DNA of 64,000 bases from Acidimicrobiia bacterium (lineage in GTDB: Bacteria > Actinomycetota > Acidimicrobiia > Acidimicrobiales > CADCSY01), in NCBI GenBank assembly GCA_050249235.1, contig JBFWQW010000005.1, positions 1,044 through 65,043 on the forward strand. Reading direction: 5' to 3'. Below the pieces are notes generated by a model that saw only the letters and a list, made by a program, of their open reading frames with translations, ran no database searches and had not been told where the DNA came from. Below are positions 44,133 to 52,846 of the stretch, in pieces. Made by a program: the position numbers and the translations under genes. How positions within the stretch are numbered: the stretch's first letter is position 1; each line of letters starts with the position of its first letter.

Positions 44133-45719
44133 CTAGTCGAGGGCCTTGGCGTAGAGCTCGCGGAGGCCGGGGCGGGGGTCGACCTCGACGTGGCACTCGG
44201 TGTCGAAGACCATGGTCGAGCGGTCGTCGGCCGAGTACGGGGGCCAGGTCGGCAGATCGGGGTGGTTGGGGTCGCCGTCGTGGGCGAATCGCACCCACGC
44301 CTCGCTCGTGATCCGGCCCATCTCGGCGTTCTCGGGACGGTCGCCGGCCATGGGGGTCAGGTCGTAGTTGTTGAAGGCGAACGGGATGTCGAGGCCGTGG
44401 CAGGCGCCGATCAGGCCTCCCATGGCCGGCGTCTCGTAGTCGAACTGGTACAGGTACACGGGCGCCCGGCCACCGGCCGACTTGCGCTCGGCCCACTGGA
44501 TCGACCCGGCCCACATGGTCCGGTCGGTGACCAGCCTGCAGAAGACGTCGGTCGGCGTCGCCCCCGGGTTCAGGCGCTGGTGTTCGGCGACGATGGGCTC
44601 GGCCAGCTCGCCGAAGAGGCCGGCCGCCATCTGGCGCATGGTCGCCTCGTCGAGCGTCCCGAACCAGGGCATGCCCAGCATCATCATCGTCATGTCGTCG
44701 CGGGTGGAGCCGATGATGGTCGGCACGTCGGCCGCCAGCGGGGAGGCCGCCGGGTCGAACGGGTGCTGGGGCAGGATCCGGCCGTCGACCACCGGCTGCA
44801 GCGGCATGAAGGCCTCGCCCCCGGCCGCGCCGGCCAGGCCGTCGCTGATGGGCATGCCGAGCTTCTCGGCCTCGGCGACGAGGAGGTCGGCCGGGACGTC
44901 GTGGAGCTTCCCGAGGTCCTTCGGGGCGATGCCGAGCCGCGCCAGGAGCTGCTCGGCGCTCCGGGTGGCGGCCTCGGCCGGGCAGGCCCGGAGCATCGGG
45001 CCGCTGAGCAGGCCGGCCCGGTTGAACAGGCCGTGGGCGTCGGGCATGGCCAGCAGCGTCGACGTCTTCGACGCGCCACCCGAGCCGCCGAACACGAGCA
45101 CCCGGCTCGGATCGCCCCCGAACGCCTCGATGTTGTCGCGGACCCACCGCAGGGCGAGGACGATGTCGAGCATGCCGACGTTGCCCGACTCGGCGTAGTC
45201 CTCGCCGCCGAGCTCGGCCAGGTGCAGGTAGCCGAGCGCCCCGAGCCGGTGGTTGATCGTGACCACCACCACATCGTCGCGGCGGGCGAGCGGCGTGCCC
45301 TCGTAGAGCGGCCACGACCCGGTGCCGGTGTTGAACGCCCCGCCGTGGACCCAGAACATCACCGGGCGCTTGCGCTGCTGGTCGAGCCCGGCCGACCACA
45401 CGTTGAGGACGAGGCAGTCCTCGCCCTGGGCCGGCTCGGCCCCGCCGGCCAGCCCGTCGATGAAGCGCACGAACTCGGCGGCCAGCCCTCCGGCCTCCTC
45501 GGTGGCCGAACCGGCCTCGGCCCGGTGGCCCACCTGCGGGGCCGTCGGCCCGTAGGCGACCGCGTCCCGCACACCGGCCCAGGGCGCCGGCGGCTCGGCC
45601 GGCCGGAACCGCTGCCGCCCACCGGTCGGACCGCCGTACGGGATCCCGCGGAACACGTGCACGCCGCCGACGTGCTCGCCCCTCACCTTGCCGGTCGTCG
45701 TCTCGACGATGCTCTCCAC
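44133..45719 (-). CDS. Carboxylesterase type B (para-nitrobenzyl esterase-like)
   Basis: [32 protein letters not shown], and nucleophile FGGSGGA. GTG 45719 has AGGAGG 7 nt upstream. Confidence 0.9.
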   Translation of the reverse strand: MESIVETTTGKVRGEHVGGVHVFRGIPYGGPTGGRQRFRPAEPPAPWAGVRDAVAYGPTAPQVGHRAEAGSATEEAGGLAAEFVRFIDGLAGGAEPAQGEDCLVLNVWSAGLDQQRKRPVMFWVHGGAFNTGTGSWPLYEGTPLARRDDVVVVTINHRLGALGYLHLAELGGEDYAESGNVGMLDIVLALRWVRDNIEAFGGDPSRVLVFGGSGGASKTSTLLAMPDAHGLFNRAGLLSGPMLRACPAEAATRSAEQLLARLGIAPKDLGKLHDVPADLLVAEAEKLGMPISDGLAGAAGGEAFMPLQPVVDGRILPQHPFDPAASPLAADVPTIIGSTRDDMTMMMLGMPWFGTLDEATMRQMAAGLFGELAEPIVAEHQRLNPGATPTDVFCRLVTDRTMWAGSIQWAERKSAGGRAPVYLYQFDYETPAMGGLIGACHGLDIPFAFNNYDLTPMAGDRPENAEMGRITSEAWVRFAHDGDPNHPDLPTWPPYSADDRSTMVFDTECHVEVDPRPGLRELYAKALD

Positions 45720-45790
45720 CACGGCTCCTCCTGTCGGTGCCGGTCCCCCCGGGCGGCGCGAACCTAGGCCCGGGGCCGGGATGCCCGCCA

Positions 45791-45884
45791 CCGCCCCAGT
45801 CGGGCCTGCACCGCCCCAGTCGGGCCTGCACCGCCCCAGTCGGGCCTGCACCGCCCCAGTCGGGCCTGCACCGCCCCAGTCGGG
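45791..45884. repeat. 20-bp tandem direct repeat, 4 identical copies plus 14 nt of a fifth
   Basis: ccgccccagtcgggcctgca occurs four times (45791-45870), followed by ccgccccagtcggg. It lies in the divergent region between the esterase start (45719) and the thiolase-like start (45932/45947). Confidence 0.9.
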
Positions 45885-45946
45885 ATGGACGGCGGGAGCC
45901 GGCCCGTGCGGGGCCCGTACGATCCCCGATCGTGCTCGAACCGAGA

Positions 45947-47092
45947 ATGGTCGTGATCGGTGCCGCGGAGACCGACCGGCTGGGCGTCATCACCGACGTC
46001 TCGCCGATCCAGCTGCACGCCGAGGCCGCCCGCAACGCCATCGCCGACGCCGGCATCAGCCGGGACGACATCGACGGCGTGGCCTGCGTGGGCGAGGGAC
46101 CCGCCGGCCTGGCGAACTACCTCGGCATCAAGCCGACCTGGCTCGACGGCACGTTCGTGGGCGGCTGCTCGTTCCTCGTCCACCTCCACCACGCCTGCGC
46201 CGCCATCGCCGCCGGCATGGCCCGGATCATCATCGTCACCCACGGCGTGTCGCGGGGCGGTCCCGCCAGCAGCCCGGGCGCCCTCGACCTCGCCAACCTG
46301 CAACAGCAGTTCGAGCAGGTGTACGGCGTGGGCCCGCCGGCCACGAAGTTCCCGCTCGGGGTGGTCCGCTACATGAAGGAGTTCGGGCTCACCCACGAGC
46401 AGCTGGCGTCGGTCGCCGTGGCCCAGCGCAAGTGGTCGTCGCAGGTGCCCCGGGCGATGATGCGCGACCTGATCACCGTCGACGACGTGCTCGCCTCGCC
46501 GATGATCAGCTACCCGATGCACCGCCTCGAGTGCTGCCTCGCCACCAACGGCGGCGGCGCGCTGATCATCACGAGCGAGGAGATCGCCGGGCAGCTCCCG
46601 CTGGCCAAGCCGCCCGTGCACATCCTCGGCGCGGCCGAGGCGTCGGGCTCGCCCCTCATCTCCCAGATGCCGGACATGACGACGTCCGAGGCGTTCCGCA
46701 CCACCGGGCGGCTGGCCTTCGAGCAGGCCGGCATCACCCACGCCGACGTCGACCACCTCATGGCCTACGACGCCTTCGCCCACCTCCCCATCTACGCGTT
46801 GGAGGACCTCGGCTTCCTCGGTCGGGGCGAGGCCGGGGCCTTCATCGAGGAGGGCCGCACCTCACCCGGCGGCGAGCTGCCGATGAACACCAACGGCGGT
46901 GGCCTGTCCTACACCCACACCGGGATCTACGGGATGTTCGTGATGCAGGAGGCGATCCGCCAGGTGCGGGGAGAGGCGGCCGCGCAGGTGCCGGACGTCC
47001 GGATCAGCGTGGCCCACGGGGTCGGGAGCATGTTCACCTCGGCCAGCACGATCGTGTTCTCGACGCCCGAGGCGGCGGAGGCCCTGCGATGA
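45947..47092 (+). CDS. Thiolase-like protein (SCP-x / lipid-transfer-protein-type thiolase)
   Basis: VVIGAAET, then GGCSF at the nucleophile position, C-terminal [13 protein letters not shown], and HGVGS. An alternative GTG start lies at 45932. Confidence 0.85.
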   Translation: MVVIGAAETDRLGVITDVSPIQLHAEAARNAIADAGISRDDIDGVACVGEGPAGLANYLGIKPTWLDGTFVGGCSFLVHLHHACAAIAAGMARIIIVTHGVSRGGPASSPGALDLANLQQQFEQVYGVGPPATKFPLGVVRYMKEFGLTHEQLASVAVAQRKWSSQVPRAMMRDLITVDDVLASPMISYPMHRLECCLATNGGGALIITSEEIAGQLPLAKPPVHILGAAEASGSPLISQMPDMTTSEAFRTTGRLAFEQAGITHADVDHLMAYDAFAHLPIYALEDLGFLGRGEAGAFIEEGRTSPGGELPMNTNGGGLSYTHTGIYGMFVMQEAIRQVRGEAAAQVPDVRISVAHGVGSMFTSASTIVFSTPEAAEALR

Positions 47093-47526
47093 GCGACGCA
47101 TCGGCCGCCGCTCCCAAGCGGGACAAGCCGGCACCCGTGGCGACACCCGAGACCAAGCCCTTCTGGGACGCGGCGCAGGAGGAGCGGCTCGAGATCCAGC
47201 GCTGCCAGGCCTGCTCGCGCTTCTACTTCTATCCCCGGCCCTTCTGCCCCCACTGCTTCTCGTGGGACGTCGAGTGGGTCCAGGTGTCGGGCCGGGCGAC
47301 CCTGCACTCCTACGTCATCAACCACCGACCCATGCCGGGCTGGGAGGACGAAGCGCCCTACGCCATCGCCCAGGTCGAGCTGGAGGAGGGCGTCCGCCTG
47401 CTCACGAGCATCGTGGGCGTCCCCGCCACCCCCGAGGACCTGGTCCTGGACATGGCGCTCGAGGTCTGCTTCGAGGAGCAGAGCGGCATGAAGGTGCCGA
47501 AGTTCCGGCCGGCCGGGAGGACCTGA
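47089..47526 (+). CDS. DUF35 OB-fold / zinc-ribbon protein (acyl-CoA-associated)
   Basis: FWDAAQEERLEIQRCQACSRFYFYPRPFCPHCFS is a rubredoxin-like 4-Cys ribbon, followed by an OB fold (GRATLHSYVI...YAIAQVELEEGVRL). ATGA overlap with the thiolase-like gene. Confidence 0.85.
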   Translation: MSDASAAAPKRDKPAPVATPETKPFWDAAQEERLEIQRCQACSRFYFYPRPFCPHCFSWDVEWVQVSGRATLHSYVINHRPMPGWEDEAPYAIAQVELEEGVRLLTSIVGVPATPEDLVLDMALEVCFEEQSGMKVPKFRPAGRT

Positions 47527-47528
47527 CG

Positions 47529-48149
47529 GTGGATGTCTACGAAGCCCTGCACACGACCCGGGCCATGCGGCGGCTGCGGCCCGACCCGGTCCCCGACGAC
47601 GTGATCGCCCGGATCGTCGACGCCGGCACCCGGGCGCCGTCGCCCGGCCCGGTGGGGGCGCAGACGTGGCGCTTCGTCGCCGTCACCGACCGGGCCGTCA
47701 TGGCCGAGCTGGGGGCCCTCTGGCGGTCGGCCCGCGACGAGCTGCTGCGCCAGGTGCCGAACCTCTACGCCAATGAGGCCCAGGCCTCGTCGTCGCAGCA
47801 CCTCCACGACCACTTCGACGACGTGCCGCTGCTGATCCTCGGCTACGGCCCCGAGGGCATGGGGTCGAACACGGTGGTGCAGGCCCTCTGGAGCATGTGC
47901 CTGGCGGCCCGGGCCGAGGGCCTCGGCTCGACCTACACGACGCTGCTCACACGGGTCGCGCCCGAGGTCGACCGCATCCTCGGCGTGCCCGCCGACGCCG
48001 GCGTGCGGCTCTACGCCTCGCTCCCGATCGGCACCCCGCTCGGTCGTTGGGGCGTGGCCCCCCGCCAGCCCGCCCACGAGGTCACCTACGCCGACCGGTG
48101 GGGCCGGCCCCCCGCCTGGCGGGCCGTGCCCCCGGCGCTCGGAGGCTGA
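47529..48149 (+). CDS. Nitroreductase-family protein
   Basis: VYEALHTTRAMRRLRPDPVPDDVIARIVDAGTRAPSPG...WRFVAV. GTG 47529 lies 2 nt after the DUF35 stop. Confidence 0.75.
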   Translation: MDVYEALHTTRAMRRLRPDPVPDDVIARIVDAGTRAPSPGPVGAQTWRFVAVTDRAVMAELGALWRSARDELLRQVPNLYANEAQASSSQHLHDHFDDVPLLILGYGPEGMGSNTVVQALWSMCLAARAEGLGSTYTTLLTRVAPEVDRILGVPADAGVRLYASLPIGTPLGRWGVAPRQPAHEVTYADRWGRPPAWRAVPPALGG

Positions 48150-48212
48150 CCCCCCGGGTCCACGCCGGGTCCTCGGATCCACGCGTGGCTCCAACCCACG
48201 CGGTGTCGGACC

Positions 48213-48806
48213 GTGCACCGGGACGACCCTGCGGCCGCCTCGTACCATGGCCGAGTGACCGGCGAGCGGCTCTCGACCCCGAGGGTGCCACCCGTCGAGA
48301 AGGTGGCCGCCCGGGCCCGTGAGGTGGCAGCCGGCGGGCTGGTCAGGCCGGTGAACCTCACCGCCACCCTGGCCCACAACCGACCGGTGTCGAAGGCGAT
48401 CGCCGCCATGTCGTCGGTGTTCTTCGATCCCGAGATCCTCGACCCCCGCCTGCGGGAGCTGGTGATCCTCCGGACCGGCTGGGTCACCCAGGCCGTCTAC
48501 GAGTTCGGCCAGCACGTCCTCGCCGCCCGCCAGGTGGGCATCTCGGAGGAGGAGATCCGGCGCACCACCCTCCCGCCGGAGCAGGGCGGCTGGACCGAGC
48601 TCGAGCGGGCCGCGCTGCGGATGGTGGACGACCTCCACCGCGACGACACCGTCTCGGCGCCGGTGTGGTCGGCGCTCGAGGAGCTCGCCGGCCACGAGCG
48701 GGCCATCGCCCTGATCGCGCTGGCCGGCTTCTACCGGATGCTGGCCGGGGTGCTCAACGGGCTCGGCATCCAGCCCGAGGACGACCTGCCCCGCTGGCCG
48801 GCCTGA
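48213..48806 (+). CDS. Carboxymuconolactone decarboxylase (AhpD-like) family protein
   Basis: RELVILRTGWVTQAVYEFGQHV... and RAALRMVDDLHRDDTV are typical of CMD-domain proteins. The start is uncertain. Confidence 0.7.
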   Translation: MHRDDPAAASYHGRVTGERLSTPRVPPVEKVAARAREVAAGGLVRPVNLTATLAHNRPVSKAIAAMSSVFFDPEILDPRLRELVILRTGWVTQAVYEFGQHVLAARQVGISEEEIRRTTLPPEQGGWTELERAALRMVDDLHRDDTVSAPVWSALEELAGHERAIALIALAGFYRMLAGVLNGLGIQPEDDLPRWPA

Positions 48807-48828
48807 GGGCCCGCCGGCCTGAGGGCCC
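48797..48828. repeat. Perfect 16-bp tandem duplication containing the CMD-family stop codon
   Basis: gccggcctgagggccc occurs twice (48797-48812 and 48813-28). The TGA at 48804-06 is repeated at 48820-22. Confidence 0.85.
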
Positions 48829-48841
48829 GGCGCCGCCTTCG

Positions 48842-49756
48842 TCAGCGGTGGATCACCTCGGCGGCGTAGCGGTGGAGGCCCTCGATCGAGCGGGCCGCGC
48901 TGTCGGCGGGTAGCTCCACGATCAGCTGCGTGACACCGGCAGCCTCCACCTCGGCCAGCCAGTCGAGGTAGGGACCGGCCGGCTCGTCGTGCTCGACCAG
49001 GCGGCCGCCGCCGCCCTGGAGCTGCACGGCCACCTCCCCCGGGTCGCGTCCGGCCGCCTCGAGGCGGCGGCGCAGGTCGTCGACCGTCCGGGCGAGGGTC
49101 TCGAGGTCGGGGATCGGCGCCGTCCGCGTCGTGCGGGCCAGCTGGGCGCCGCCGAGGATCGGGGTCCACCCCCGGCCCACATCGGCCGTCCGCTGGCGGG
49201 CCCGGGCGCTGTTCCCGCCGATCCAGATGGGCGGGTGGCCGTCGCCGTGCGGGGTGGGCCGCGCCAGGATGCCGTCGGCCTCGGTGAAGCGGCCGTGGAT
49301 CGACACCTCCTCGCCCGACCACACCTGGCGCCACACGTCGAGAGCCTCGTCGAGCACGTCGTTCCGGGCGTCGAAGTCCATGCCGAGCGCGGTGGCCTCG
49401 CTGCGCAGGTAGCCGGTGCCGACGGGGACGATCAGCCGGCCCCCGGCCAACCGGTCGAGCGTGGCGATCTGCTTGGCGCCGAGCACGGCGCTCCGGAACC
49501 CGGGGACGAGCACGTAGGGCATCAGCGCGATCCGGCTCGTGACCCCGGCCCAGAACCCGAGCACGGCGAACACGTCGAAGGCGTCGTGCCCGCCGGCGTT
49601 GCGCCAGCGGGCCGAGGGCGCCGGGTGCTCGGTGAGCGCCAGCGCGTCGAAGCCGACCGCCTCGGCCGTCCGGGCGAACTCGGCGACGAACCCGGGCTCG
49701 AGGATCTCCTGGCTGTAGGTCGTGTGGTGCAGCGGGTGGAGGGCGGTGAAGCGCAC
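48842..49756 (-). CDS. LLM-class (luciferase-like) F420-dependent-type oxidoreductase
   Basis: FDALALTEHPAPSARWRNAGGHDAFDVFAVLGFWAG..., GGRLIVPVGTGYLRSE and PPIWIGGNS. It is a paralog of 51877..52794. Confidence 0.85.
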   Translation of the reverse strand: MRFTALHPLHHTTYSQEILEPGFVAEFARTAEAVGFDALALTEHPAPSARWRNAGGHDAFDVFAVLGFWAGVTSRIALMPYVLVPGFRSAVLGAKQIATLDRLAGGRLIVPVGTGYLRSEATALGMDFDARNDVLDEALDVWRQVWSGEEVSIHGRFTEADGILARPTPHGDGHPPIWIGGNSARARQRTADVGRGWTPILGGAQLARTTRTAPIPDLETLARTVDDLRRRLEAAGRDPGEVAVQLQGGGGRLVEHDEPAGPYLDWLAEVEAAGVTQLIVELPADSAARSIEGLHRYAAEVIHR

Positions 49757-49842
49757 GGGCCAGACGCTACGTTCCGGGGCTCCGGCCCCGCCTCGCCCGG
49801 GGGGTCTGGTCCGTCTGCCGGAGGCCCGCGAAGGGGGACGCC

Positions 49843-50475
49843 ATGCCGTTCGATGTCCGACCGCTGGTGGTGCCGGCGACGACGGCCCTGCTCACGAACG
49901 AGGTCCAGCCCTCGACGGTGGGAGGAGGCCCACCCGGCAGCCTCGGCGAGGCCGGCGCCCTGGTGCTGCCGAACATCGTTCGCCTCGCCGGCGCCGCCCG
50001 CGCCGCCGGGGTGCCGGTGGTGCACTGCGTCAAGGTCTTCCGGCGCGACTCGCTGGCCAGGAACCGCAACGTGATGCTCTACCGGCTCCGCGGCCAGGTC
50101 CCCGGCGACGAGGTGGCGCCCGACAGCCGCCCGGTCGAGGGCTCGGTGGTGGTGCCGGCGCTCGGCCCCGACGAGCGCGACCTCGTGATGACCCGCCTCC
50201 ACGGCATGGGGGCGGCCAGCGACACCGGCGTGGTGCCCGTCCTGCGCAACCTCGGGGTGACGACGGTGGTGGTCGTGGGCGTGTCGATCAACATCGGGGT
50301 CACCAACACGGTGATGGAGCTCGTCAACCAGGCCTTCGAGGTGGTGCTCCCCCGCGACGCGGTGGCCGGGACGCCGGCCGAGTACGGGGAGCAGGTGATC
50401 CGGCACACCCTGGGGCTGCTGGCCACCGTGACCACCACCGACGAGCTGGTCGACGCCTGGTCGGCCCCGGGCTGA
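49843..50475 (+). CDS. Isochorismatase-family cysteine hydrolase
   Basis: ALLTNEVQ, then VVHCV, then GVTTVVVVGVSINIGVTNTV, the region where isochorismatase-family hydrolases carry their catalytic Cys, although no Cys is present in this stretch. Confidence 0.8.
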   Translation: MPFDVRPLVVPATTALLTNEVQPSTVGGGPPGSLGEAGALVLPNIVRLAGAARAAGVPVVHCVKVFRRDSLARNRNVMLYRLRGQVPGDEVAPDSRPVEGSVVVPALGPDERDLVMTRLHGMGAASDTGVVPVLRNLGVTTVVVVGVSINIGVTNTVMELVNQAFEVVLPRDAVAGTPAEYGEQVIRHTLGLLATVTTTDELVDAWSAPG

Positions 50476-50500
50476 CCCGGATCGGTGGCCGGAGCCGGGC

Positions 50501-51748
50501 TCAGACGGTGGCCGGCGCCGGGTCCGCGTCCGGGTTCGGGCGGGACGAGCGCTGGAGCACGGCGTAGGCGATGCCGCCGGCCACGAAGAACAGGGCGCCA
50601 CCGACGACGAACACCCACCGGAAGCCGAGGCCGACGGCGAGGCTGCCGCCGAGCAGGGGTCCGACCTGGCCGGAACCGGCCTGCACGCTCTGGTACACGC
50701 CGAAGACCCCGCTCACCACCGCCGCCGACACGGCCGTCGACAGGAGGGCCACGGTGCCGGTGGCCAGGATGCCCTGGAGGAAGGCGACGACCCAGGTGAG
50801 GACGAGGAGCTGCACCACCGTTGACGACGCCCCGGTCAGGGCGATCAGGACCGCGCTCACGAGGCAGGTGACCAGCACCACCCGGTTGAAGCCGAAGCGC
50901 TCGTTGATCCGGGCCGTGTAGAGGCTGGCCACCGCCGTCAGCGCGGACATGCCGAAGAACAGCAGGCCGATCGTGAAGTTCACCGAGCCCGAGCCGTCGA
51001 GGATCTCCTTGACGAAGCCGGGGAGGATGGGCTGGGTCATGGGCCGGCCGATGCCGACGACCGCCACGACGAACAGGATGGCGAGCACGGCCGGCGACCG
51101 CAGGGCGGCACCGAGCTCGCCCTTCGGCCTGGCCTTCCGCTCCGTCTCGGCGACCCGGTCCTCCACCACCATCACCACGGTGGCGATCGCGCCGCAGAGC
51201 ATCACCCCGGCGGTGACGATGAAGGTCCACTCGAAGCTGAGCCACGAGAGCAGGGTGGCGGCGACCAGCGGGCCGATGGCGAGCCCCGCCTGGGTGGCCG
51301 CCTGGAACACGCCGAGCGAGCGGCCCAGGTGCTCCGAGGGCGTGCTGGTGGCCATCAGGGCCATCGCCGCCGCCGGCGCGCCGGCCATCACCCCGATGAA
51401 GAAGCGGATGGCCACGACCTGCCACGTGGCGGCCGCGAAGGCGAAGAGGAACAGGCCGATGGCGCCGCCGAAGGCGGCTCGGACGAGCATCGGCTTGCGC
51501 CCGTACCGGTCGCCGAGCACGCCCCAGATCGGTCCGGAGATCATCGATCCCAGGCCACCGAGGGCGCTGGCGACGCCGGCCCAGAACGCCGCCTTCTCGT
51601 CGGTCATGGTCTCGATCTCCTGCAGGTACACCGGCAGGAAGGGGATCGTGAACGCGAACCCGGCGGTGAGCAGGAACACCGCCAGCGTCGCGGCGAAGTT
51701 GTTCCGCTTCCACTGCTCCCTGCCGCGTCGCCGCGCCCCCCCGAGCAC
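50501..51748 (-). CDS. MFS transporter
   Basis: 12 predicted TM segments. The loop 2-3 motif is GVLGDRYGRKPML. Confidence 0.85.
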   Translation of the reverse strand: MLGGARRRGREQWKRNNFAATLAVFLLTAGFAFTIPFLPVYLQEIETMTDEKAAFWAGVASALGGLGSMISGPIWGVLGDRYGRKPMLVRAAFGGAIGLFLFAFAAATWQVVAIRFFIGVMAGAPAAAMALMATSTPSEHLGRSLGVFQAATQAGLAIGPLVAATLLSWLSFEWTFIVTAGVMLCGAIATVVMVVEDRVAETERKARPKGELGAALRSPAVLAILFVVAVVGIGRPMTQPILPGFVKEILDGSGSVNFTIGLLFFGMSALTAVASLYTARINERFGFNRVVLVTCLVSAVLIALTGASSTVVQLLVLTWVVAFLQGILATGTVALLSTAVSAAVVSGVFGVYQSVQAGSGQVGPLLGGSLAVGLGFRWVFVVGGALFFVAGGIAYAVLQRSSRPNPDADPAPATV

Positions 51749-51798
51749 GTGCGCACCCTAGGGGACGGCCACCCGCGGCCGGCCGGGACGGCCGGACC

Positions 51799-51850
51799 CA
51801 GTCGGACTGGCTTCTCAGCGCGGTGACTGGCCCTTCAGCGCGGTGACTGG
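51799..51850. repeat. 20-bp tandem direct repeat, 2 copies plus a partial
   Basis: cagtcggactgg / cttctcagcgcggtgactgg / cccttcagcgcggtgactgg. It lies in the divergent region between the MFS start (51748) and the LLM start (51877). Confidence 0.8.
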
Positions 51851-51876
51851 TCATCCCGTCTGCTACGCAACGCAGC

Positions 51877-52794
51877 GTGAAGTTCATGGTCGAGTTCCCG
51901 CTCGGGCTCGACGATCGGGGCGAGCCCTGGTCGGTGCCCGAGAAGATGGTGAAGGTGGCCCAGGCCCTCGAGGCCGCCGGCGTGGACGGGATCGCGTTCA
52001 CCGACCACCCCGCCCCGTCGAAGAAGTGGATGGAGAACGGCGGCCACGCCACCATCGACCCCTTCGTCGGGCTGGGCTTCTGCGCCGCCGTCACCACGAC
52101 GATCCGCCTCATGACGGCGCTGACGGTCGTGCCGTACCGCAACCCGCTCCTGATGGCGAAGTCGATGACCGCCGTCGACGTGGTGTCGGGCGGCCGGGCC
52201 ACCTTCGTGCTCGGCACCGGCTACCTGCGGTCGGAGTTCCTCGCCCTCGGCGTCGAGTTCGAGGAGCGCAACGCCCTCTTCGACGAGGCCGTCGAGGTGG
52301 CCAAGGGCATCTGGTCGACCGACGACTTCCACTACGAGGGCAGGCACTTCACCGCCATCGGCCAGACGATGGTGCCTCGGCAGGTGCAGGATCCCCACCC
52401 GCCGCTGTGGCTGGGCGGCAACGCCAAGGTCGTCCGCGACCGGATCGCCCGCTGGGGCGACGGCTGGGCGCCGATGCTCGGCGGCGGCGTGCTCACCCGC
52501 ACCGCCCGCACGTCGGCCATCACCACCGACGAGGACTTCGCCCTCGCCATCGAGGACGTCCGCGACCGGCTCGAGAGCTACGGCCGCAGCCTGTCCGACA
52601 TCGACATCTCGGGTTCGATCACGGCCACCCGGGTCGGCCTCGCCGACCCCGACGCCTACGTCGACGGGCTGGGCAACCTCGCCTCGCTCGGCGTCACGTG
52701 GACCCACGCGCCGGTCATCCGGGGCAACGTCGACACCTCGCTCGAGGCCATCGCCGCCTTCGGCGAGAAGGTGGTGCCCCAGCTCGACCGCTGA
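51877..52794 (+). CDS. LLM-class (luciferase-like) F420-dependent-type oxidoreductase
   Basis: IAFTDHPAPSKKWMENGGHATIDPFVGLGFCAA..., GGRATFVLGTGYLRSE and PPLWLGGNA. It is a paralog of 48842..49756. An alternative ATG lies at 51886. Confidence 0.85.
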   Translation: MKFMVEFPLGLDDRGEPWSVPEKMVKVAQALEAAGVDGIAFTDHPAPSKKWMENGGHATIDPFVGLGFCAAVTTTIRLMTALTVVPYRNPLLMAKSMTAVDVVSGGRATFVLGTGYLRSEFLALGVEFEERNALFDEAVEVAKGIWSTDDFHYEGRHFTAIGQTMVPRQVQDPHPPLWLGGNAKVVRDRIARWGDGWAPMLGGGVLTRTARTSAITTDEDFALAIEDVRDRLESYGRSLSDIDISGSITATRVGLADPDAYVDGLGNLASLGVTWTHAPVIRGNVDTSLEAIAAFGEKVVPQLDR

Positions 52795-52846
52795 GGGTGC
52801 GCCGGAGGCGTGCCCGTGGCCCGAGCGGCCCGGCGCCGGGCCGGCG

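Noticed and set aside
52827-52842. The GC-rich palindrome GGCCCGGCGCCGGGCC as a REP-like dispersed element (a similar GCCCGGCGCCGGGC occurs at ~13001-13014)
   Set aside because: I found only two or three loosely similar instances. Such palindromes are expected by chance in >70% GC DNA and are more simply read as small terminator-type hairpins after convergent or preceding genes.
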